A DNA stretch of 64,000 bases, from contig JAVRCJ020000017.1 in the NCBI GenBank assembly GCA_034530875.2, positions 130,930 through 194,929 on the forward strand. Reading direction: 5' to 3'. The position numbers and the translations under genes were made by a program. A model generated the notes under the pieces. That model worked only from the letters and a program-made list of their open reading frames with translations, had not been told where the DNA came from and made no database searches. The DNA comes from Nostoc sp. DedSLP01 (GTDB taxonomy: Bacteria > Cyanobacteriota > Cyanobacteriia > Cyanobacteriales > Nostocaceae). This document shows, piece after piece, positions 26,724 to 36,741 of this stretch. Position 1 is the stretch's first letter, and each line of letters opens with the position of its first letter.

Positions 26724-27218
26724 ATGGACAAACGGTATTTTTTACAAGCTAGTGCGGTAATAGTCGGCACAGCATTGCTATCAAGGTATATCAATTGGGG
26801 GTCAGAAGACATGACAACTTCTAACGATAGATTTGAAATTGCCAAATCTGAGGAAGAGTGGCGTACTATTTTAACGCCAGAACAGTTTCGTGTATTGCGT
26901 AAACATGGCACCGAACCCGCTTACACCAGCCCATTGGACAAAAAATACGATCCAGGCACTTATTACTGTGCGGCGTGCGAACAACCATTGTTTAAATCTG
27001 ATACCAAATTTAACAGCGGTACTGGCTGGCCTAGCTTTTTTAAACCTATTGATGGTGCGATCGCTACTACTGTAGACAAATCATTTTTCATGACCAGAAC
27101 TGAAGTGCATTGTAGTCGCTGTGGCAGCCATCTGGGTCATGTGTTTGATGATGGCCCCGTACCTACAGGTCAGCGCTACTGCATGAACGGTGTTTCGCTG
27201 AAGTTCGTTCCTGCGTAA
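26724..27218 (+). CDS. msrB: Peptide-methionine (R)-S-oxide reductase
   Basis: GTE, CAAC, SGTGWPSF, HLGHVF and RYCMN motifs; N-terminal leader. Confidence 0.95.
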   Translation: MDKRYFLQASAVIVGTALLSRYINWGSEDMTTSNDRFEIAKSEEEWRTILTPEQFRVLRKHGTEPAYTSPLDKKYDPGTYYCAACEQPLFKSDTKFNSGTGWPSFFKPIDGAIATTVDKSFFMTRTEVHCSRCGSHLGHVFDDGPVPTGQRYCMNGVSLKFVPA

Positions 27219-27267
27219 TGAACAAGGGGAATAATAACTCCTTAGTTCTAAATCATTTATGAAAAGC

Positions 27268-27303
27268 AAGATCCCCGACTTCTTTGAAGAAGTCGGGGAT
27301 CTT
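27268..27303. repeat. REP-like palindrome / bidirectional terminator
   Basis: AAGATCCCCGACTTCTT-TG-AAGAAGTCGGGGATCTT; related copies at ~36655-36684 and ~48799-48831. Confidence 0.7.
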
Positions 27304-27366
27304 TGACTTTTAATTTTATATATTCGTATATAAAATTACTGTTCCATGTGTAATTACACTAACCAT

Positions 27367-27966
27367 TTACAACGTTGCCACAAGTTCCTTTAAGCGATCG
27401 CGTCCATCCCGGAAAACAGGCCAACCATCCCCCACTAGTACGGCTTCTACCTGACTTAGTTCTGCCAATCTCTGCACCGAAGCAACAGCTTGTTCTCGAT
27501 TCAGTAGCTTGTCATCAGGTAATATTGTTAAACTACCTGCTTTACGCGCTCGGACTAAATCTCCTGTAATCAAAGTCGTCTCCTCCAGTAATAGAGCTAG
27601 TTCGCCTGGCGTTTTTGAGCCTTGGAGTTCAATCACCTTTAATCCCGGTACAAATTCCTCACCATCAGACAGCCAGCGATCGCAATGTATCGGAAAAGTA
27701 TCTTTTTCCGCTATGGGGCCGGCTATCTTAGCATAAGTCTGATCGGCAATTTCTTTACTCGATCTGACATGTTCGGAATTCGTTAACACAATCCAAACCA
27801 CACCACCAAGAGATTGCAAATGATTCCAATCATGGTTTGATAGAGCTACCGGGTCAATCAAGATATTACCTTCTGGGCGAATCCAGGCAATCCCATTGAA
27901 ATCAATATTTCTTGCCGGGTTGAAACTAGACCAGCCATACAAATCGGGACGGTGCAAAGATTTCAT
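27367..27966 (-). CDS. MBL-fold metallo-hydrolase-like protein
   Basis: ILIDP, LTNSEHVR, GSKTPGE, ITGDL and VLVGDG form degenerate MBL motifs. Confidence 0.8.
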   Translation of the reverse strand: MKSLHRPDLYGWSSFNPARNIDFNGIAWIRPEGNILIDPVALSNHDWNHLQSLGGVVWIVLTNSEHVRSSKEIADQTYAKIAGPIAEKDTFPIHCDRWLSDGEEFVPGLKVIELQGSKTPGELALLLEETTLITGDLVRARKAGSLTILPDDKLLNREQAVASVQRLAELSQVEAVLVGDGWPVFRDGRDRLKELVATL

Positions 27967-28031
27967 GATGATTCTGGATTATTACCTTCAATAATTGACT
28001 ATTACTCTCAATAATTCAGTATATAGGGGAC

Positions 28032-28198
28032 TGGGGAGATGGAGAGGTGTGGGGGGTGTGGGAGGTGTGGGGGGTGTGGGAGGTGTGGGAGGTGTGGGAG
28101 GTGTGGGGGGTGTGGGAAGTGTGGGGGGTGTGGGAGGTGTGGGAAGAAATCCTTTCCCCCCTCTCTCCCCACACTCCTCACACTCCCCCATCTCCCCA
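28032..28198. repeat. G-rich 9-mer tandem repeat with a shorter inverted C-rich arm
   Basis: About 11 units of GG(G/A)GGTGTG over 28045-28144, with the complementary CCCACACTCC...CATCTCCCCA downstream. Confidence 0.85.
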
Positions 28199-28361
28199 AT
28201 CACTAGTCACCACTCCCTAGTTCCCAATCCCCCACTCCTTCCTTTAGATTTGGAATTTGAGTATACTACGATAAATCTATCGATATTATGGTTTTAATCG
28301 GGTTTACAGAAACTCTTGCATAACCTTAATGGAGAACGACACAGGCAAAGGAGTGAGTGAG

Positions 28362-29543
28362 ATGCAGCGCCAAAAAATATCAGCCAAGGCAAGCCAGTTT
28401 ACAGAATCGGTAATTCGGGAAATGACAAGAGTAGCACTGCAACATAGTGCAGTGAACTTAGCCCAAGGATTTCCCGATTTTCCCTGTCCGATTGAGTTAA
28501 AACAGGCAGCTTATGAAGCAATAGAGGCGGATGTTAACCAGTATGCTATCACTTGGGGCGATGGCCCATTTCGGGAAGCGATCGCCAAAAAAGTCGCCTG
28601 GTATCTTGGCTTAGATATCAACCCGGAAACCCAAATCACTGTTACTTGTGGTTCTACAGAAGCAATGGCAGCTGTGATGCTAGCAACAGTCAATCCTGGG
28701 GACGAAGTAATTGTATTTGAGCCTTATTACGAAAACTATGGCCCCGATGCGATTCTAGCTGGCGCTACACCCCGCTATGTGACATTGCATCCCCCCCATT
28801 GGACATTTGATGAAACGCAGTTGCGTCAAGCTTTCAATGCCAATACCAAAGCGATTATTATCAACACACCCCACAACCCGACTGGTAAAGTTTTCACTCG
28901 TGAAGAACTCAGCCTAATTGCCGAACTTTGCCAAAAGTGGGATGTCCTCGCCTTCACTGACGAAATCTACGAACACATTCTTTATGATGGCGCTCAACAT
29001 ATCGCTTTAGCGACCCTTCCGGGAATGGAAGAACGCACCATTACCATTAACGGTTTATCTAAAACTTACAGCGTCACTGGATGGCGAGTCGGCTATATTT
29101 TGGCAAACCCGGAATTGACAACAGCCATTCGTAAAGTCCATGATTTCTTAACAGTCGGTGCGCCTGCACCATTGCAACGAGCCGGAGTTGCCGCAATGCA
29201 ACTACCACCGTCTTATTATGAAGAACTAGCCAAACTTTATCAGCAGAAACGAAACACCATTTTACAGATTTTAGATCGAGTTGGCATTCCCTACTTTCTA
29301 CCCCAAGGAGCTTATTACGTCCTTGCAAATATTTCTAAATTTGGCTACAAAACTGACATTGAATTCACTTACCATTTAATTAAAGATATTGGTGTTGCCG
29401 TAGTTCCTGGTTCCAGTTTTTTCAGCCAACCAGAAAAAGGACATTCATTGATTAGATTCTGTTTCAGTAAAAAATCTGAAACATTACAACTAGCAAGTGA
29501 CAGCTTACTCCAACTAAAACCCACTCTACAATCAATATCTTAA
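28362..29543 (+). CDS. Class I/II PLP aminotransferase (YbdL/MtnE-like)
   Basis: NLAQGFPDF, NTPHNPTG, DEIYE, SKTYSVTGWRVG, RFCFSK. Confidence 0.88.
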   Translation: MQRQKISAKASQFTESVIREMTRVALQHSAVNLAQGFPDFPCPIELKQAAYEAIEADVNQYAITWGDGPFREAIAKKVAWYLGLDINPETQITVTCGSTEAMAAVMLATVNPGDEVIVFEPYYENYGPDAILAGATPRYVTLHPPHWTFDETQLRQAFNANTKAIIINTPHNPTGKVFTREELSLIAELCQKWDVLAFTDEIYEHILYDGAQHIALATLPGMEERTITINGLSKTYSVTGWRVGYILANPELTTAIRKVHDFLTVGAPAPLQRAGVAAMQLPPSYYEELAKLYQQKRNTILQILDRVGIPYFLPQGAYYVLANISKFGYKTDIEFTYHLIKDIGVAVVPGSSFFSQPEKGHSLIRFCFSKKSETLQLASDSLLQLKPTLQSIS

Positions 29544-29632
29544 CGACATTTTTTCTTGGTATTTCTTATTTTTGTTTCGTTGTTAGCTCGTTTTAACATT
29601 CTAAATTTAGACAATTCATCAAAATATTCTAT

Positions 29633-30997
29633 ATGACTAACTACGACAATATTTTGCAAGCAATTGGTAGAACTCCATTAGTCAAACTTAACAAAATTAC
29701 TGAAGGTATTCATTCAAGTATTTATGCAAAAGTAGAATATCTCAATCCTGGTGGCAGTACCAAAGATAGAATTGCTCTCACCATGATTGAAGCCGCAGAA
29801 AAAACAGGCCAACTTCAACCCGGTGGTACTATTATTGAAGCCACCGCAGGCAATACTGGCGTCGGATTAGCATTAATTGCAGCAGTGAAAAAATATCGCT
29901 GCATTTTTGTCATGCCTGATAAAATGAGTCAGGATAAAATCAATTTGCTCAAAGCTTATGGTGCAGAAGTAGTTGTTACTCCGACATCTGTACCGCCTGA
30001 CTCACCAGAAAGTTATAACGGTGTAGCAGAAAGACTCGCCAAAGAAATACCCAACGCTTACAGACCAAACCAATTTGAAAATCCGAATAATCCTTTAGCA
30101 CATTACTTAACTACAGGCCCAGAAATCTGGTCAGATAGTAATGGTAAAGTTGATGTGTTTGTTGCAGGAATGGGAACAGGTGGTACAATTTCTGGAGTTG
30201 CCAAATATCTCAAAGAGCAAAATCCAAATATAGTAATTGTTGGTGCAGATCCAGAAGGCTCGATTCTTTCTGGCGACGCACCCAAATCTTATAAAGTTGA
30301 AGGAATTGGCGAAGATTTTATCCCCAAAACTTTTAATCGCCAAATAGTAGATGAAATGATTCGAGTTAGCGATAAAGAGTCATTTAATATGGCTCGTCGT
30401 TTAGCACGGGAAGAAGGTTTATTAGTAGGAGGTTCTTGTGGGACAGCAGTAGCCGCAGCCTTGAAATATGCAGCTAGATTAACAGATCCAAAGCATATTG
30501 TAGTTTTATTACCAGATACAGGAAGAAATTACATTAATAAAATTTTCTCCGATGCTTGGATGCAGGAAAATGGTTTTTGGGAAGGTACAACAGTCACAAG
30601 TATAAAAATTGGAGAAATTCTCGCTCAAAAAACAGATTTTCCTTCTCTAGTTGCTGTGAGTCCCCGCGATACCTTGAGTACAGCTACAAACTATCTCCAA
30701 AAGTTAAATATCTCCCAGTTACCAGTAATTGATAATAATCATGTAATCGGAAGTCTCAATGAAGCTTCTTTAATGAAATTCCTTCATGATGGCATCAACT
30801 TTTCTAATCAGGAAGTTTCGGCAGTTATGGGAAAACCATTGCCGATTCTTGATGAAGAAGTTGATATTTCAGAAGCTTATCGAGTACTTTTATCGGGAAC
30901 TACAGGAATTATTATTAAACGGGATGATATTCCTATTGGATTAATTACGAGAGCCGATTTAATTAGATATTGGATTAGTCAAACCCAGGAAAAATAA
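29633..30997 (+). CDS. Cystathionine beta-synthase with C-terminal CBS domains
   Basis: NPGGSTKDRIA, GMGTGGT, YKVEGIGEDF, then a CBS pair (ISQLPV, ITRADL). Confidence 0.9.
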   Translation: MTNYDNILQAIGRTPLVKLNKITEGIHSSIYAKVEYLNPGGSTKDRIALTMIEAAEKTGQLQPGGTIIEATAGNTGVGLALIAAVKKYRCIFVMPDKMSQDKINLLKAYGAEVVVTPTSVPPDSPESYNGVAERLAKEIPNAYRPNQFENPNNPLAHYLTTGPEIWSDSNGKVDVFVAGMGTGGTISGVAKYLKEQNPNIVIVGADPEGSILSGDAPKSYKVEGIGEDFIPKTFNRQIVDEMIRVSDKESFNMARRLAREEGLLVGGSCGTAVAAALKYAARLTDPKHIVVLLPDTGRNYINKIFSDAWMQENGFWEGTTVTSIKIGEILAQKTDFPSLVAVSPRDTLSTATNYLQKLNISQLPVIDNNHVIGSLNEASLMKFLHDGINFSNQEVSAVMGKPLPILDEEVDISEAYRVLLSGTTGIIIKRDDIPIGLITRADLIRYWISQTQEK

Positions 30998-32133
30998 TGG
31001 AATTTGAAACTAAAGCAATTCATGAAGGTCAGCAATCAGATCCCCAGACTGGTGCAGTGATTGTCCCTATTTATTTGACTTCTACTTACGAGCAAGAAGC
31101 CATAGGTAAACACAAAGGATATGAATATTCTCGCACGGGAAACCCCACCCGCACTGCTTTAGAAGAAGCTTTAGCTTCGATTGAAAATGGGAAATTTGGT
31201 TTAGCATTTGCATCTGGACTGGCTGCAACTACTACTGTATTAAGTTTGCTCAAAAGTGGCGACCATATTGTTGCTGGCGATGATTTATATGGTGGTACTT
31301 ATCGGTTATTAGAAAAGGTTGTCAAAAATTGGGGCGTGACAACTACTTATGTAAATATCGATAATATTGCTGATTTTGAATCTGCGATTCAACCAAATAC
31401 AAAGTTGATTTGGATAGAAACTCCTACTAATCCTTTGTTGAAAATTATTGATATTGCAGCATTAGCGAATATTGCCCGCAAACACAATCTCATCTTAGTA
31501 GCTGATAACACCTTTGCTAGTCCTTACTTTCAAAGACCGTTAGATTTAGGTGCTGATATTGTGGTTCACAGTACTACTAAATATCTAGGTGGACATAGCG
31601 ATATTATTGGTGGCGCAGTTATCACATCTAACGAGCAACTATACACTGAAATCAAGTTTTATCAAAATGCGATCGGGGCAATTCCCAGTCCTTTTGATAG
31701 TTGGTTAGTGCTACGAGGAATTAAAACTCTAGCTGTGAGAATGCGAGAACATGAAAAAAATGCTTTATTTTTGGCTAAATTCTTAGAACAGCATCCTAAA
31801 ATTGAGCGAATTTATTATCCAGGATTACCTACTCACGAACAACATCAACTAGCAAAACAGCAAATGTCTGGCTTTGGGGGGATGATTAGTTTGGAATTAA
31901 AAGGTGGTTTTCCTGAAATTGAAAGATTTGCTTCTCGACTCAAGTTGTTTTTGCTGGCTGAAAGTTTGGGAGGAGTGGAGTCACTACTTTGTTATCCTAG
32001 CAAAATGACTCATGGTTCCATACCAGAAGCGGAACGGCTGAAGCGGGGAATAAAAGATAATTTAGTCCGTCTTTCGGTAGGAATTGAACATCAACAAGAT
32101 TTACAAGCTGATTTGGAAAATGCTCTCGCTTGA
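30997..32133 (+). CDS. Cystathionine gamma-lyase/synthase
   Basis: YEYSRTGNPTR, FASGLAA, ETPTNP, HSTTKYLGGHSD, LAESLGGVESL; TAATG coupling to the CBS gene. Confidence 0.9.
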   Translation: MEFETKAIHEGQQSDPQTGAVIVPIYLTSTYEQEAIGKHKGYEYSRTGNPTRTALEEALASIENGKFGLAFASGLAATTTVLSLLKSGDHIVAGDDLYGGTYRLLEKVVKNWGVTTTYVNIDNIADFESAIQPNTKLIWIETPTNPLLKIIDIAALANIARKHNLILVADNTFASPYFQRPLDLGADIVVHSTTKYLGGHSDIIGGAVITSNEQLYTEIKFYQNAIGAIPSPFDSWLVLRGIKTLAVRMREHEKNALFLAKFLEQHPKIERIYYPGLPTHEQHQLAKQQMSGFGGMISLELKGGFPEIERFASRLKLFLLAESLGGVESLLCYPSKMTHGSIPEAERLKRGIKDNLVRLSVGIEHQQDLQADLENALA

Positions 32134-32188
32134 AGTTAGAAAGTAGGGAATGGGGAGGCTTCATTACTCCCTTGGAACTCAAGTTCCT

Positions 32189-33091
32189 TTAATACAAGAT
32201 GGAGGGCAAAAAGACTCCTGTGGGTTCGTTGTACAGTCCGAGGCTCATCAACCTTGCGGTCTCGGTGATACGCAGTCCTTCCTTCAGACACCAGCGGAAC
32301 AGGTGGGCATTACGCATCGGAAGCAGAAAGCCCTTCCCAGTGAACGCGGGCGCGGCTGCAATTAGCGCCTTTAAGTCCTCATTATTCTCGCCAACAGCAT
32401 GACCCAAGAAACCAATTTCGGTGGCGTAGCCCGATACGCACCCATCACACTCGACGACCGTTGCCGTACCCCGCCCGACAGCTGCCTTTAGTTCCTCTGC
32501 CCGGTTATGGCCATGAATGCGATCGCACAGTTGATTGCACGCACTCAAGTCGGACTCAGTGGCCGAACGAACGCTGCGCCCCGGTATCGTCAAGCCGAGC
32601 AGCTGTCCTTGAAACGCCGCCAGTGGCTCACGCACATCGAAGCCAAGTTTTGTATACAGTGCAAGCGAGCAGTTGTTATACGCGATTTGAACCAGCCGCA
32701 CACCAGCGTACTGTTTTTCCTTTGCCCGCTGTAAAACATCTTCCATCAGGCGACGACCAACCGAGCCGTTTTGCACGGCGGGGTCTACCGTAATGGGGCC
32801 GACCCCGGCGATAGTATCCCCTGACCACAAAAAGTTGCTACCAATGACGCGCCCATCAGATGCCTCAGCCACTACTGAATAAACCGCTGGGTGCGCCAAT
32901 AGTTCGGTCAACCTGTTAACCCCAGACTCGGCAGAAGGAATGTCAGATGCCAAGCCGTGCTGTTGAGCAATATCGCGGAACGCTTGATAGAAAATGGTGC
33001 CACAAGGGAGTGCGTCATCGGGGCGTCCCCCGCGCAGCGTCACCAAAGATGTTTGTTCAAATGCTTTGTCCATGATTTTAAACCGATTCAA
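32189..33091 (-). CDS. GNAT-family N-acetyltransferase
   Basis: VGPITVDPAVQNGSVGRRLM and SLALYTKLGF motifs; visibly more GC-rich than its flanks. Confidence 0.85.
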   Translation of the reverse strand: MNRFKIMDKAFEQTSLVTLRGGRPDDALPCGTIFYQAFRDIAQQHGLASDIPSAESGVNRLTELLAHPAVYSVVAEASDGRVIGSNFLWSGDTIAGVGPITVDPAVQNGSVGRRLMEDVLQRAKEKQYAGVRLVQIAYNNCSLALYTKLGFDVREPLAAFQGQLLGLTIPGRSVRSATESDLSACNQLCDRIHGHNRAEELKAAVGRGTATVVECDGCVSGYATEIGFLGHAVGENNEDLKALIAAAPAFTGKGFLLPMRNAHLFRWCLKEGLRITETARLMSLGLYNEPTGVFLPSILY

Positions 33092-33545
33092 GGGTTCCGT
33101 TCACAACGAGATTAAGCCTCTTCTATCACTTTTATGCTGTTGTTGTGTAACTTTAAAAGTGTCTAATTTCCAGTTAATAGAAGTTAATAAAAATTCAATG
33201 ATTAATATAAGTTAATAAATATTTTTTGAGAAAATTGTTAAAAAAAATCACGTTATTGACTTTGCAAATTGAACTTTCAATTTCGATCCCCAACATAAAT
33301 TTGATTTAGTAAATAAACTCCAGTTTTAAACGGGGGTATCTAAGCCTTAATATGTCTGAATATTTAGAAAAACAACACTAAATATATGGAGAATTAATAT
33401 AAATTCCCGGTAATTATATCGGGATAGTAGGCTTATAAATTCTCCAGAAAAAACCCCATTGACTCCTAAAAAAGATAGGACTAATGTTATAGGTAGTCCT
33501 CACAAGGACGGTGTTAATCCATCAACAAATCAAGAGGTATTTCCT

Positions 33546-33920
33546 ATGATGATGATGATGACTGAAACCATGACTTCAGAAATGCAAGCTTGTATGGATG
33601 CTTGTATGGACTGTCATAAAATGTGCATGGAAACCATGACTCACTGTATGAGCAAAGGTGGTATGCACATGATGGATAAAAACATGATGAGCATGATGAG
33701 CATGATGCGTGATTGTGCTGAAATGTGCATGATGTGTATGAATATGATGATGGGCGGTTCAGAGTTCATGGAACGCACTTGTATGCTGTGTGCAGAAATG
33801 TGCGATCGCTGTGCAATGGCCTGTGAAATGATGAGCGACGACGCCAAAATGATGGAATGTGCTGCTGCTTGCCGCAGATGTGCAGAAGCTTGCAGATCTA
33901 TGCACATGATGCCTGCATAA
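33546..33920 (+). CDS. Cys/Met-rich four-helix-bundle protein (Csp3/DUF326 copper-storage-like)
   Basis: Repeated CxxxC..C motifs (CAEMC, CAAACRRCAEAC); GAGG RBS before ATG 33546; downstream hairpin CAAGCGCTCAG...CTGGGCGCTTG. Confidence 0.85.
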   Translation: MMMMMTETMTSEMQACMDACMDCHKMCMETMTHCMSKGGMHMMDKNMMSMMSMMRDCAEMCMMCMNMMMGGSEFMERTCMLCAEMCDRCAMACEMMSDDAKMMECAAACRRCAEACRSMHMMPA

Positions 33921-34154
33921 TTTTCTTAACTTCGCAGAAGTTTCTCTGCAACCTAATATTCAAGCGCTCAGGCTCTTTGGGTCTGGGCGCTTGAAGTAAG
34001 AACTGTATTTAGAATTCAGAATTGGAAGAGCAAATTAGGCATTGCTGAATCAGGGGATGAATTTTGATGTATTGAAATTTTTAACTCCTTATTCTCTACG
34101 CATCTGGAGCGCCTCTGCGTGATAAGTCATCCCGTAATTATGCAACGCCGCAAA

Positions 34155-34643
34155 TTACAGTTGAATCTGCTTTGTAAAATTCGGCAGAACTTGAAAATCG
34201 TGAAAATGTCTTAATACTTGCAGTAATTCTTTCTCTGTTCTTGCAATGTACTGCAAAGGTACGCGTATCATTGGATTGAGTTTTGAACCGATGAATGCTG
34301 CGCGAATATCAGTATGTAAACCAATTATCAACTTGTTTGGATGCAGAAGTTTTTTGTGCGTATATGCAACTCCCAGCTCCACACAGGCTCCTTCGTCAGG
34401 TACGCGTCCATCTAATACAAATAAAAATACGTCAGACTCCATAATCTTTGTTGTATCAAGCTGGAACATTGCCAATCTACGTTCCTCTTTCGTCATTTTG
34501 TCATAAGGTGGCTTATCCCGTTCTGCACCGTCACGCTGTGGTAAAAAGACTTGATAACTGAGTGATTCGAGTTTTTCAGTGAGGTGCTGGTTAAAGTGTA
34601 ATTCAGCATGTGAAAACAAAGGTGCAGCAAAGTAAATGAGCAT
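34155..34643 (-). CDS. Nucleoside 2-deoxyribosyltransferase family protein
   Basis: IYFAAPLF, FLPQ, D....SD, PDEGACVELGVAY, NPMI. Confidence 0.85.
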   Translation of the reverse strand: MLIYFAAPLFSHAELHFNQHLTEKLESLSYQVFLPQRDGAERDKPPYDKMTKEERRLAMFQLDTTKIMESDVFLFVLDGRVPDEGACVELGVAYTHKKLLHPNKLIIGLHTDIRAAFIGSKLNPMIRVPLQYIARTEKELLQVLRHFHDFQVLPNFTKQIQL

Positions 34644-34706
34644 AAGAGGCAGACTTGCTTAGCTATAGAGGGAATAGAGCGTCGGAAATAGCAAGTAGTT
34701 TATTGC

Positions 34707-36509
34707 CTATTCCATCAAAATCAAACGCAAAGGATCTAAACGCACATACCAAGGAAAAGGTTGGTCTTTCATCGTTATCCATTTTTCTTTAAAGACTTCA
34801 GCTTGCAAATGGTAATCTTGAGAATTTTCAGCAGCAGAATGTAATTTGATAAATAATGTCATTCGATGTGGCGTTTCACTCGTCCGTGTTATCCAACAGG
34901 GAAAGGTGTTTTCATGGGATGAGTCGTTGGTAAACATAATTTGATGGGCGCGAATGCCAATGTAAGATAATTCGCTGTTTGTTGCTTCCACGACTTGAAG
35001 AGTACAACCCCAATCAGTTGCTTCCACCTGTTGCGGCGATCGAATAATAATTCGAGAAAAGTTTTTACATCCAGTAATTTGGGCAACGCCCACAGTCATA
35101 GGACGCTCGAAAATATCATATTTACTGCCATGATGGACGGCTCGACCATGCTCTAGTACTAGTAGATTCGGGCAAAGTCGATAAGCTTCTTCCATATTAT
35201 GAGTGACAAATAAAGTTACGCCTTGGTAGTCAGCCAGAGTCTCTGTCATTTGCTGCTCTAATTGACTACGCAGATGGGTATCGAGTGCAGAAAAAGGTTC
35301 ATCCAAAAGCAATGCTTCCGGTTGACTTGCCAATGCTCTTGCCAAGGCTACCCGTTGTTGTTGACCTCCTGAGAGTTGGTGTGGATAGCGATCGCCTAAT
35401 CCCTGCAACTGCATCTTTAATAATAGTTCTTCTATTTGTACTCTAATACTCCCTGCGGACAATCCTTTCGGCAAACCAAAAGCAATATTTTGCGCCACAC
35501 TCATATTCGGGAACAAAGCATAATTCTGCACTAAAAAACCAATGCGGCGATCGCGGCTAGGTACGTTAATTCCTTTTTCGGAGTCAAACAACACTCTGCC
35601 ATTTAAAACTATCCGCCCTCTTGTCGGCGTTTCTATCCCTGCAATGCAGCGCAAAATCATGCTTTTACCTGCCCCCGAACCCCCCAATAAACCCAAAGGC
35701 TGCTCGTTACTACTGAAAGCAACTTTTAAATGAAAACTAGGAAGTATCTTTTCAATCTCTACAAACAATCCACGCGACTCAAAACTAGAGTCCACCCTAT
35801 AAAAAACTTCTCCTCTTACCCCCCCTGCTTCCCCTGCTCCCCCTGCTCTCTTCTCCCTAAGTTCCTGCCACAAATTAACGCCAATAATTCCAGATAGAGA
35901 AATCACCATAATTGCGATCGCCCAAAACCACGCTTCCTCCATTGCTCCGGCTTCCACAGCAAAATAAATCGCCATTGGGATTGTCTGCGTTTGTCCGGGA
36001 ATGTTACCAGCCAGCATCAGTGTCGCGCCGAATTCTCCCAAAGCACGCGCAAAAGCAAGAGTCGTGGCAGCTAAAATACCAGGTAGGGCTAGAGGTAAAC
36101 TAATACGCCAAAAGATTGTACTTTCAGCTGCACCAAGGGTTCTGGCTACTCGCAGCAGATTGCTGTCTATTTGTTCAAAGGCTCCCAGTGCAGTTTTATA
36201 CATTAACGGGAAAGAAACAACTGTGGCCGCGATCGCTGCACCATACCAAGTAAAAACGATGGTGAAGTCAAAAGTCTGCATCAATTTCCCTACAGGGCCA
36301 TTTTTACCAAAAAATAGCAGTAACAAGAAACCCACAACTGTCGGCGGTAAAATTAGAGGAGCGATAAATATACCTTCAATCAAAGATTTCCCTTTGCCGC
36401 GATATCCCAGCATCCAGTAGGCAGCAGCAATACCCAAAAAGAAAGTAATAAATGTAGCAAGTAATGAAGTTTTGAGTGATATCCAAAGGGGCGATAAATC
36501 CAACGGCAT
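34707..36509 (-). CDS. modB: Molybdate ABC transporter, fused permease/ATPase (ModB-ModC)
   Basis: LPPTVVG and FARALGEFGAT permease motifs; GGSGAGKS, LSGGQQQR and LLDEPF ATPase motifs. Confidence 0.92.
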   Translation of the reverse strand: MPLDLSPLWISLKTSLLATFITFFLGIAAAYWMLGYRGKGKSLIEGIFIAPLILPPTVVGFLLLLFFGKNGPVGKLMQTFDFTIVFTWYGAAIAATVVSFPLMYKTALGAFEQIDSNLLRVARTLGAAESTIFWRISLPLALPGILAATTLAFARALGEFGATLMLAGNIPGQTQTIPMAIYFAVEAGAMEEAWFWAIAIMVISLSGIIGVNLWQELREKRAGGAGEAGGVRGEVFYRVDSSFESRGLFVEIEKILPSFHLKVAFSSNEQPLGLLGGSGAGKSMILRCIAGIETPTRGRIVLNGRVLFDSEKGINVPSRDRRIGFLVQNYALFPNMSVAQNIAFGLPKGLSAGSIRVQIEELLLKMQLQGLGDRYPHQLSGGQQQRVALARALASQPEALLLDEPFSALDTHLRSQLEQQMTETLADYQGVTLFVTHNMEEAYRLCPNLLVLEHGRAVHHGSKYDIFERPMTVGVAQITGCKNFSRIIIRSPQQVEATDWGCTLQVVEATNSELSYIGIRAHQIMFTNDSSHENTFPCWITRTSETPHRMTLFIKLHSAAENSQDYHLQAEVFKEKWITMKDQPFPWYVRLDPLRLILME

Positions 36510-36741
36510 AGTTGCGTAGGGAAAGATTAGCTTGACTAATCCCTAATTTACCAACTTTAGTTTCAAAAATTTGGGAAAAGTTGGTAAATGACATCGTAGA
36601 CTTTGTTACCTTGCGGCATATTGCCATTACCTGAGTGTATTGGTCAAAAACTAAAATCCCCGACTTCATAGAAATCGGGGATATGGCGATCGCTAATTTT
36701 CACAAATCAGATAAAATTGCCATTGAGCAATAGTTTCTGAA

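Noticed and set aside
27988..28297. Three overlapping ORFs (PTP-, GGV- and PHL-repeat peptides)
   Set aside because: They are open frames produced by the 9-mer tandem repeat.
33459..33545. 29 aa N-terminal extension of the Met-rich protein
   Set aside because: It has a TTG start without an RBS, while the GAGG RBS lies just before ATG 33546.
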